Assembly (NCBI GenBank): GCA_965235115.1
Contig: OZ249436.1
Location: forward strand, 15,316,001 to 15,380,000
Reading direction: 5' to 3'
From: Laetmonice hystrix
Taxonomy: Eukaryota
Length of the DNA stretch: 64,000 nt
Positions 14,201 through 26,200 of the stretch are shown here, one piece after another. A model generated the notes under the pieces. The model made no database searches. It was not told where the DNA came from and saw nothing but the letters and a program-made list of their open reading frames with translations. A program made the position numbers and the translations under genes. The first letter of the stretch is position 1, and each line of letters begins with the position of its first letter.

Positions 14201-17200
14201 TGTTATGCTATATATTCTATTTCTAGTCTTTCTTACCACTATTCATAAAAAAGGCCTCAAATGCATCAACTGAGGTTGCAGATTATTCCATAAGGTCTCT
14301 TTACTGTTGGCTTTAATTACAGGGTTTAACATTTTTTAACATTTAACAAAGATTTAGATATCTTTCTGAGAACATACAGAACTGTTTATTAAATTTTATT
14401 CCATTGGCCACTTTCCTTATCAGCATTTAAAGTTAACCCCCAGCGCTTCGAAATGTTTGTCCAGTGAAGACTGGTAGTGGTACAAAAGATTTAAATTGCT
14501 CGTTTGGAGTACCCGGTAGTCTCTGACTCTTGATAAAATAACCAACATCTCGGTGCTGTACCAGTATAATAACGGTATATATCCCAGCTGGATGCTCATC
14601 GCTGACCTACAGTCACTTCGTTCAGTTGCACACAGACTTAATCTTGTTACCAGTTTTTTGTAACCTGGTATAAGTTTCATCTTCACCGACTCACTCAAAC
14701 CGTGTTGCCTGCTTGCCTTTCAACCTTTCACCATGATAATCTATCCGTAAACTCCATGTACTTTCACGTCACAGTACAGCTTCGATGACTAATTTCCCTT
14801 GGCGTGGCAAGAATGCTCAGCCTTGCTATTAGGAACATGCCCAGGCGTTCAACCCGTAGTGAAGAGCCCAGCTGGTCGTCCTACACTGCAGCCGGCAACA
14901 GGAGCTGGGGTGGGGTGACGGATAGTGATACCAGGCCAGTCACGCTAATATAGATCCTGCAGACACCCAACCTATCCCACCCTTGGGGTAAAACTACAAC
15001 CTCCCCTCCCCCTTCATGCCAGATGCGACACACATCCTACTTACTTTGGACCAGAAGACTGTATGCCAACAGCAGACACATGTCAAACTCGCTTAATGGC
15101 AAAATCTATACAATAATCCGCGTTTTTCTGCCACTGAATAGTGAAACCATAGAAGAGATGCCATTTGCGTCTATGTATCATAGCAAATGGAGGACTTTTA
15201 TCCACTCCTCCAGTGAATGATAGATCACTGTCTATCTCCATGTATGAGCCGAGATTGCGGCTTATAAAAATGCAAGGCAACCTCCTTTTTGTACACCAGG
15301 GTGTTTTTTTGTGCGGCACTGCATGATCTGCTCAAATCAGAAGCGCTTGCATCCCAGTCGGCAGCACAGGATGGACCTCACTGTACCTTCTGAATCCCGG
15401 ATGCAGGGGTTGCCTCATCCTAGTGACCCGCTACACACCCCAAGCTCGGACCTCACCGCTGCCCACCCCCTTCAATGATGGCCAAGTGAATGGGGTCAAT
15501 GCTGTATTCCGGTCCTGGGTCGGTCTGTCTACACACTGCTCTCTCCAGCCATGCCTGATGTACTGTCTATGGTAGCACACACTCTTCTCATTTCTACTAC
15601 TCCGTGCTGCATTGTTCTGGGAGCGCTTTGACACTCAACTTGGGTTGCCGTTCTCTGCCTCTCAGAACCAGCATCTCTGGAATGACTGCCTGCTTTAGCT
15701 AACGGCTTGCAACCAGACTCTGGGTCAGGCCAGGCCTCGATCACCAAGCCTTCCAGGGGGGTTACTCCTGCTCCTTCGTTTATACAGCCATAATACACAC
15801 CAGTACAAACCTCTCGAGGAACTGGCTACACCGATCTGGCTGCTGGCCTGCCGGCTGCTAGCTGGCAGTTTGTCCCTCCGGTAGAAAACAATACCAAATG
15901 ACAGTGTGCTAACAACAGTGTGCTAACTAGGCCAACTAAATGTGTAGCAACGGTTCTCCATGGATGTCTCTTCATGCATCTGACTTCACTTCAGTTCTAG
16001 ATTCCTGATATAACTTAAACTATATAATATCGGATACCATCTGTCCACCAATAACAGGGCACATAAAGAAAATACATGTATAAGCAAAGAAAAACAGGCA
16101 TGCCTAGTATATATAACTGGTCAAAGTTGTCTCCCCCTTACAACGTTTTATATTCTATGACTTGACATGCTGAGGTGTCTCCCCCTTACAACGTTTTATA
16201 TTCTATGACTTGACATGCTGAGTTGACTCCCCCTTACACAATCATTATACAATGATTACTGATGGCACTGTCATTGCTGGCTAAGTACTGTTCTAAATAT
16301 ATACTCCTCAAATACGTGTAATGTATAACTAATGTATGTGCCTGTTATTGTTTTACCGATAACAACCCATTGAAAATTTCATATCTTATTCTTATGGGGG
16401 GGGGGTAGTCTTCTTATAAGGCAAAATATATTCTACCGCAGGATTCCATATAGTTTCAGAACCAAAAAATTAGGCTCAGAAGATTGGAAGGTGAGCACTT
16501 TAATTCTATCCTAGAGAGATCCCCGAGATATGCATCACTTTAAACCATATATCATAGAAGTATGTACGATTTCCCTATATCCTTAGCAGGACAGACTGAA
16601 CCAAACAGAAACCTCTTGTGCATATTTTAGTAATTACAGACTCGCTCAGCTTCAAGATGTGTTGCTGTGTTGAATTAAATTATGTACACCAGTATACCCT
16701 GGTAATGGTGATCTAAAACACACTTATCTATAAACTACCAGACTAGCCATGAAGGCCTTACAATGTAAAGTCTTACCCCCCCCCCCCCCCAATTTTTCTC
16801 CAATACAAAGTCTAAGTTAGAAATCTAAAAGAAGTAGTTGTAAACCCCAAGCTCAAGTTTTAGTGTGATAGATGGCCTGGTACCTAGCACCATGAGACAT
16901 CTATAGGTCATGCAACACCTTTCTCAGAAACTTGAAGTTGAATGTCACTCAAGCATGTAAAGGTACTTTACATGGTCTATTAACATGGAAGACCTTATCC
17001 ATCTTTATCATGAACAACCTTTCTTGTCAGTTATATAAATGTTATCTTTTATGATACATTAAATTTTACACCGTTCAATCTGTTGACTGACTCCAGATGG
17101 CAACAGTACCAACATCAACCGATTTGTGCAGATTACATGGAAAGATTGAGGGTTTGATAAGTACTCCTGGTCAGGAAGAAAGCAAAGAAGCTGAAGAACA

Positions 17201-20200
17201 CATAGAAAAAGATGCAGACATGAAGCAGGCAGAACAGAAAAAGGAAAAGAAGGAAAAGAAGACGAGGAGATACTGATATATGCATGTTAAAGTGTCTGTT
17301 AACATCTTGCTTCTCGAGTCAGACCTCGTTTCGTGCCCAATAAAATGTCTTCTGATTCTGAAATATACCGATTAGGCTGACCATAAAAAATTGTTTCAAA
17401 GAATCTGGCTGTAACTCAAAACCTTGGGGGTTGTAACTTTTATTTTTAATGTCTTCCATTTTCCACTGACCCTGGGGAAATCTTCAGTGTGCCCCTGCCC
17501 CAAGATAACCACCATTCCGATTTTTCATGTGCAATCCCATTCAGCAGGGGGGGGGGGGGGAGGGGAATTTAAAAAAGTCCTCCGTGCCTCATTCTTTAGA
17601 ACAAACAATTTTTTAAGGCTGGCCTTACTGAATCATTTTAAAAACAAAACACAGATTAACGTGGTCTGACTGTATAAATTATGTGGATAAAGGCTCCTAG
17701 TGGAAATCAAAACCTACCTGAATAGTTCTGCTGTCCGCCAATAGGTGGTGGAGGCTGCATGCTATTGGTCATGTGGGGTCTTCCTCCTGGCAGCAGTGGC
17801 TGGGCACCCTGTGCTGATGAATAGGGGGGAGGGGTCATCCCTGGCTGAGGAGGGCCTGGGGGTCTGGCCCCCATGGGAGGTCCCGGAGGTCTCCGTCCTC
17901 CGAACTGACCCTGCAATGGTAGCCCGTGTCCTTGTCCAGGTATGGGAGGGCCAGATGTTTGGGGCATACCCATTGCTGGTGGAGGCAGTCCTGGTTGAGG
18001 GATGCTTGGTCCTGATGGCGGGCCGTTCGTTACAGGGGCTGGTTGAGGTGGACCCATGTAGTTAGGTTGACTAGAAGGCACTCCATTCATAAATGGTGGG
18101 CTACCAACTCCTATTGGGGGTCCGACACCTCCCATTGGAGGAGGTCCTTGCAATGGTGGTATTCCTGTCTTTGGTGATAAAGAGTTAACCATGCCTTGTG
18201 GAGAGCCGCCCATTGGTTGGGGAGCCCCAGACCCTATAGGCCCTGTCATGTGAGGGGGGCGGGGAGGCATGCCTCCACTCATTGTTGGTGGCTGTGGTGC
18301 CCCATGGTACTGGGGCATTTGTCCTGCCATGTTCATCCCGGGTCTTGGCTGTGGTGTTCTATAGTTCATGGCCCCCATCGATCCTGGGCCTCCCATGGGT
18401 TGTGGTGGTGGGGGCTGCTGGAAACGGTTCTGGGCCAACATTGGGGCAGCAGAATTCTGGGGCGCATTGACTTGTACAGGACGGGGAGGCAGGCCACCTT
18501 GGCCTCCCGACTTATAAGGTGATGGTGCAACAGGTAGTCCAGTCATCCCAAAACCTGAAGAACATAAACCAAAAAACACATGCCAATTTCGCATCTTTTT
18601 CATTTGTTAATTCAGTTCTCACCCATAATCCCATGACAGTAACGACACCTTTCCATTACACATTATCCCAGACTCATTGTCTGTCAAGGCAGACGACTTC
18701 AAGTTCACCAAAATACTAAACCTGATTGCCATAAATTATCGTAATTATTGGTCAACTAGATGAAACGGCTAGTGCTATGTTATTAATGTGCTGAAATTAG
18801 AATAGATCCCTAATTAAAAATAATGTATTTGTGAACTCTATCAATCAACCAAAAGTGAATTCCATACCGAGGAATAATCAAATAACATGCTTTCCTGATT
18901 TTTAACCTACAGACACCTGCAACTGAGTTGAAGTCATGAGACCATGTGTAGTATCCTGGGACTCCTGACTGAATGCAATGAACAATTTTGTCTCTTGACC
19001 TACCGGCTACCACTGACCAGGACGGCCCAATTTCTGGGGCACTAATGCCGCATCATTACTGCCAGTTTCCCTGTTGGGTTGGTGTGCACTCTAACCTCTC
19101 TTTATACTGGTATGAAACGAGTACATGTACTAGGAAACCGACTGCAATCTCTGCAACCAAGAGTTTTTGCTCTTTTGGAGGGATACAACTCTTAATAAAT
19201 ATTTGATGAGATGTTTGCTGGTAGCCTAGACACGTAGAGATGTCTGATGTTAGTAAGCGGCCTCAGCACAGTAGGCACCCAGTATCTGATGTTTTTCTTT
19301 GTTAAGTTGACACTAAAGGCACAACACAATACTCATCATGGTGTCTGTTTGATATCACTGAGGTTAGTAAATATCGAAACAGATAATTTCCACTTTACTT
19401 GGGAATCTATCTTCACAATTAAAAGCATCTATCATTTACCTGTACTTTGAGGACAGCTTACGATTAGATTCATTAATCATACTGGCATTGTCTCTGACAT
19501 TTGCATAAACTTTATCATGTCTGTCGACGTGATAAGAATAAATGATCTAAGATATGCTGAAAATCTGATCATCAAATGCACTGGGCGGTTGAACCTTGGA
19601 GTTGGACTGCACTGACCTAAACCTTTAATACTTGTCAAGAAATTATACCAAAATGTGTCACGAAGATTAATCACTCAATAATGCCTTCTGCCTCAAACAC
19701 TCAGTCTCAAAGGCTTTGCTTGGATGATACAGGTCTGTAAAACTAGAAAAGCCAGAGCCATTTCAGACCCTGCCTTGGTTATTCAAACGTTACTGCCACT
19801 AAAAGGATCAGTGTCAAAGTAATAACTTCACCTACTTGAGAATCCTTCAATTGGATTGTTTCCCACTGTCATACAAGGATGGCAAACTTTCAGCATGATT
19901 ACCGATGTATTAGATTTTCACTGATATCACTACAGATCTTTACCCTTGGGTGTGGTAGTACACAGACCGACCTTCAGTGCCCGACTGCTAGCCGTGCCAC
20001 TATAGCACACGTTTATCACGGCTACGGCTGCGACCTTCCATGACGTTGTTACAAACACACCCAACTGGCTTTGGTCCAGCAAATTATATGAATGGGGCAA
20101 CGGCAAAGGGTGTACGGTCTGTACCCCGCCTACACTTCTCTGGGATGGGTGGGGACATCAACATGAATTCATCCATGACAGGACACACCTAGGGATTCAC

Positions 20201-23200
20201 CCAAAACAATAACTCACGTGTCATTCCAAGTAACTGCAAACATGGCTTTCTCTTTAACCCCGCCTAACCAACACACCACCAGCAAACTGATACATGTATA
20301 AACTAGATGTATAAACTGGATGTACTAGGCAAACGACTTTGGATGGTGAGCCTGGATCTATCCTGAACCAGTATCCTGCGATGTTGAACGTGGAAGAAAA
20401 AAATATGGCAAGTTCGACTTCTTCTACCCTTGTGGCGTTCCCGGGAAGTTCCCCCTTTAGTAGGTGAAACCCTTGATCTTCACCACTCCTGCATCTTGTC
20501 AAAGGCCTGTGCCATTCCATTATTTTACTTGGGCTTTGCGACAATGAAATTTTTGCTGAAATGATTTTACGCTTTTGAGTTTTCTCAAACAGCAGCACCA
20601 AAGTTTTCTTATCAGTACGATTTCATTGTTACCTTTTTTGATACATGGATATAAAGATAGAGTACTTGATAGAAAACAACATTCAGGCATTTGGTCATGA
20701 GGCCCTACTACTATTATCATTTTATTGCCTGTAACAGGTAAACTGTTTCCTGTCCATACCTAAGAACTCCCCAGAAATGATGCTACTAGCTTCAATGGCA
20801 TTGGCAGTTAAAGAGCGAGACCTTCAGTGCACATCCAGGTAAACACTCAAACAGATGGTGGATTTCCGGGGCAAAATGGTGCAAGCTAGTGAATTTTCAG
20901 CTTAATTTTGTGGTACACGTATTTTTCAGTCCGGGGGGGGGGGGGGGGGGGGCCTTGCTATAAGACAGCAAGACTGTTCCTGAATGCCAGCTCTGGGTCA
21001 GAGCTGAAGGCCTGGGCTCACCCCGGCTAACCCTGGATTTTAAACCTAGCAATGGTTCGTGGCCTGATTCCATTTCCCTGCTGCAGCAGTCGGCAGTGTC
21101 TGGCCAACAACTTCGTCAATAATACCTGCCACGTCTACACCCTCACAAAGCTGACACCTGTAGTATCACGTGTCACCACAGCTCAATGCAGGCGGTCCTT
21201 AAAGATACATTGTACACTGACAGTGAAAGGCCCGTGTCTGCCTGTAGGCAATTATAACCACTGCTTTTGAGTGCAGACAAGTATGAATTTTGAAACTTTG
21301 TTTTCTACACCATATATCTAAGTAACCATGCAAAGATGCGTGAATTTCTCCCAATACCTACACAACAGTTGGAATACTGACCATCCTGTCTCTTCCAAAC
21401 ACATGTTCCAATTTATATAAATTACAGTTTGTATATTTCTGCATGCCACTCTGCTCTATGTGCTTCTCGAAAGCAGAACCTTTAAGCTCCATATCTGACA
21501 ACAGTTTCGGCCTCGCCTGACCTCCCATAACCAACACAAACCAACACGAACTCGAGACTGATCCGTCTACTTGATTAACTGGCAGGTGACCTTGTATTGA
21601 TCTGTAGTCAGGACAATGGACTAAAACAAACTCATCTCCAATGGACCTTTTCAAAACTCCTCCTGCTAGTAGAATGAGTACCGTACTTATTTTATTTTTA
21701 TTACTGCTTACAAAATTAGACAATTCCTGTTCAGCTAGTATCTCCTCCTGCAGCTCACCAGTTAAAAATAGGCACGAGTAGTGATTATTTAGGGCTTCAA
21801 ATAGAAATCTGATTTCAAACTGGCTGACAGGTATATCTCTTTTTTTCTTTTTCTCCCCCTTGTTAAATTCCATCTTCCTTCGTACCAACAGTGTACGGTG
21901 GCTACATACGTCCAATCACGTCCTGATTCAGAACCCCTGGTATTTAAGGACCATGTTTTCAGAATGAAACACAACATGCCTAGAATATATGACCTCGAAA
22001 TATAAATGGCTAGCATGCCATTATATTCTACTGACCCTACATAACGTATAGATGGATGTACGGGAGGAAAACATTAAAGGATAAGAATAGATACTGCACA
22101 TGTTCTTCATACTAATCAGGAGATCATGCAGCATGCATAGAATGTAAAGTATTCTTCAGACAGAACTTTAATACTACCACTCGCCACATGATATTCTGGG
22201 GTCCGTTCCACTAAGCCCGAAAGACGTCTTTGAAATGGTCGCTGAGCCCAAAGAGGTCTTTGCGGCGACGGGTGTTCCACTAAGCTCCTATTCTTTAACA
22301 TTGGCGCCGCAAAGACGTCTTTCCAAAGACGTCTTTGCTAAAGACGTCTTTCGTTAGTGGAACGGACCCCTGACCTGCCTGGGGCAGAGAAAAAGAACAC
22401 TGATCAATGGGTCCTCAGAATATGAATTCCCTCCTTTCACCCCTAATATATAGGCATTAAAACTTTAACAATAACTCCTCCTTACAAAATGTTACAAGTG
22501 GCATATTTTTTTGGGTGTGAGTTCTGGTTTCTATCAGTTATAAGTACATGTACCGGGTATTTATCAACTTTATATAGGTACAATTTGCTTTTCTTGATGC
22601 CACGTTCTTAAGATGAACATGCATAGCCAATGCTTCATTTAACAGCTAAAAGAAACATGTTGAGAAGCACCTATTTCCAGTTTCTCAGCAGATGAGCATG
22701 ACTCAACATGTAGGTCGCGACACCTGCATGATATCTAGAGCAACTGAACAAGTGCCCTGGACTCAGTTCAGTTGACTTTAATTTCAGTATGTCCCCAGTC
22801 ACCTTAAGAGTTTTCAGGTCAGACAACATCAATCCACAATTTTCCACAATATCTACGACATGATTTAGTCACAGTAACCTTCAGGTCACCAGGGATCGAA
22901 ATTAAGGATTTTCCACACATAACTAAGGTTACAGCAGAAGTTCGCTCGAGACCTGCAGTTCGACACTGGTCAGCTGGTAAGCCACAAGCTGTGGGACACT
23001 AGTAAAAGATGCACTAGTGCCACCTGCTGGATACCAGGCCCCTTCTCACGAGTTTCTTATCCCTCATCTTTTTTCTAAGAACCTGGAAGTCTAAAGTAGG
23101 TAACTAGTACATAAATAACTTAGTTAAAGCAGGTATGACCCCATATGCATAAACTACCGATTCCGAATTTTATGAATCCACCCCTGTAAAAATTTGCATA

Positions 23201-26200
23201 ACAAATTATTTCTCACTGATTAGTCAACTATGACCAGTTAAAAGATTGTACTACAAAGTCATTTGTTTGGGGAATATGGAGCAGCAAGTACTACATGGTT
23301 GATGTCCATGAGAAGCCTAATCTATAAGCACACGTTGTATGTGGCAATGCGATATATGGCTGATCCTTCCATGTAGCGATCTATCTGACAGAAAATAGGG
23401 GGACCGGGGTGGCGCAGTGGTTAGAGCACGGCACCTTTGATCCAAGGGTCCTAGGTTCGATCCGCGGCCACGCCAGACTTTCCTGCATAAGCAGTGCTGC
23501 CGACTGCTTTATCAAAGGCCGGCCGTGTCACGATACGTCTATGTGGAGGGGCACGTTAAAGATCCCTTGGCACCTATCGATAAGAGTAGGGGTTCGCCCT
23601 GATGCCAGGTTTCCTCCCATCATCTCATTATCACCCAATGGATTTCACCGACTGAGTTAGTTACCTTGTTCTCGCCCTGAAATAGCTGAAATACTGCTGA
23701 CTGGGCGTTAAACACCAACTAGTCACTCATCTGACAGAAAATAAGTGATCTACAGTATGTGATGTAACAACAAAAGGGCTTTTGTCAAAACATGCTGCTG
23801 ACCTGCTGTTTCAGTGATTGTCTTTTGAAAAAGCCAGGCAAGGGCAAAAAGCTTGTCTAGATTTCTTAGACACGTTTTTTCATTTATCATGAAAGCTGAA
23901 GTAAGCCTGCCTGGCTGGACACTTTCAAAGTTACAGTGATATTTGTACTTGTACAGTTGTAGATTAGGATTTTACACCCAGAAGTGATAGGCCCTGTGGT
24001 GTAAGCCTCTGGCTCATCACCACAGGGCCTCTCACCTATTGGCGCCATTCCAGCAAAAGGTTGACAGTGAATTACTTTCCGATTTTGTTCAATATAACAG
24101 ACACATAAAGGGACATTCAAAATAAGATTAGTGATAATCCCAGTCATATTTAACATTAAGTTGTGTGACCTGTACATTATGATCCATGTGTGTTTAACCT
24201 CATTCAGCTGATGTAATGAGATTATTGTATATTGCATAATGTTTTCTGTATCTGTATTACTATTATCAAATGGTCATTAATGCTTCATACTGTGTATGCA
24301 TTGCCGTAGTCAGAGGCACTACAAAATAGAGCAAACATTTAATAATGGCCCTTCCAGGCCAACATTCTTCTTTGTGTGAGCACAAACAAAAATTATGTGG
24401 GGACAACCATATTTTGGAAAAAGTAATTTTTACGGGCCAGCACACCTATCCGGCCAAGCAGCCACTGAAAGCAAAGCATGCCAGCTAGGTCTTGCAACAC
24501 CTAGGCCTAGGGTCTAGGCCTAGCCCTAAGGAACCGGAAGCAGGCCTTGCCGTTTGACGTGCGCGATCGCGCTTGCACCTCTAAGAGCCCGCAAAATTTG
24601 TGTCAGAAGTGCTGTTAATCACGCCCCTCAATTACACTGACTGAGCATTCCAAATGGGAGACTCGAGACGCATGCGCAACGGCACATTAATATCCGTGTG
24701 GCGGAAGCACTGTCGCCCCGGTCCTGTTTACTGCATATTAGCATGACGTTAGATATGACGACGAATTGCTAATCTGTGGCAGAATGCATTTAGACTATTT
24801 GTTATGAAAATTAAAGGGGCATGCTACACGTTTTGGAGGATTTCCGACAGTTATCCAACATGATCGTGTACTAGGGATCCAAGTAAATAATCCTACCACA
24901 GCATTTGGTCCTGCGACGTGTTTTCGCTGTGTATGCAGCACAAGTAGATTCTATACGACCAAACCTATAGATTTCTCCCGATAGCACATCTCCCGCCATA
25001 ATTTGCTATAGACAACCTCCCATTAACCCATGTAATTGCATACTGTGTCACATCCTGCGTGTGCACTCTCTGCATGTGCTTAGTCACGTGCTTCGCTTAG
25101 TTGTAAACAATTCAGCAGTTGCACTCGATCGGCCAGCATCAGAATACCACCTAAAACATATTTTACGAAATCGGCAGAAAAGCAGGCAAGGGAGCTTCAT
25201 AAACTTCGATTTCTCACACAAAATGAAACTGATAAGTCTGTCTTTGTTTACCAAGCAATATTAATGAAGGATCTCTTTATGAAAACAGCAAAAGTTCTTT
25301 GAAATACCAATTTTTCACGTTTCCTCATAATATGCCCCTTTAATAACTCGATAGGCTTCGCCATGTTGAATAGCTCCTAAAGTACCTAAACGCATCATAA
25401 TATTTCATAACAAGTAGCACTACGGCACCCAGCTACAGATTAGCACTTCGTCGTCCTATCTAATGTCATACTAATGTGTCTCCATAGGGGACCGATAGTG
25501 GGGCAGCTTAGCCCAAATATTCAAAAGAATTGTGCAATTTGTGATACAAGCACCAAATTTGGCACAAATGTACATTAATATGTTGCGAACATTTTTAGAT
25601 ATTGGGCCACTTGAAATTCTTTCTTTGTGTCCGCCATATTGGATTTCAAAATGGCCGCCACTTGAAATCTACATTTGCTATTATCTCTGGACATAATGCA
25701 GCTATTGACTTGATTCTGGTATCTAAATGTATGTTTTTGGGGGCAAGAAATCCAATGCTACCAATTTAAACTTGGTATTGTCAAGTATTGGCCGCCATAT
25801 TGGATTTCAAAATGGCCGCCACTTGAAATCTACATTTGCGATTATCTCTGGACATAATGCAGCTATTGACTTGATTCTGGTATCTAAATGTATGTTTTTG
25901 GGGGCAAGGAATCCAATGCTACCAATTTCAACTTGTTATTGTCAAGTATTGGCCGCCATATTGGATTTCAAAATGGCCGCCACTTGAAATCTACATTTGC
26001 GATTATCTCTGGACATAATGCAGCTATTGACTTGATTCTGGTATCTAAATGTATGTTTTTGGGGGCAAGGAATCCAATGCTACCAATTTCAACTTGGTAT
26101 TGTCAAGTATTGGCCGCCATATTGGATTTCAAAATGGCCGCCACTTGAAATCTACATTTGCGATTATCTCTGGACATAATGCAGCTATTGACTTGATTCT

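Noticed and set aside
17745..18719. Plus-strand ORFs of 62-108 aa
   Set aside because: They are antisense shadows of the GC-rich, Pro-rich SEC24 exon.
23398..23475. tRNA gene
   Set aside because: It has A and B boxes but no convincing cloverleaf or T-run terminator, and it continues into a SINE body bounded by a 15-bp TSD.
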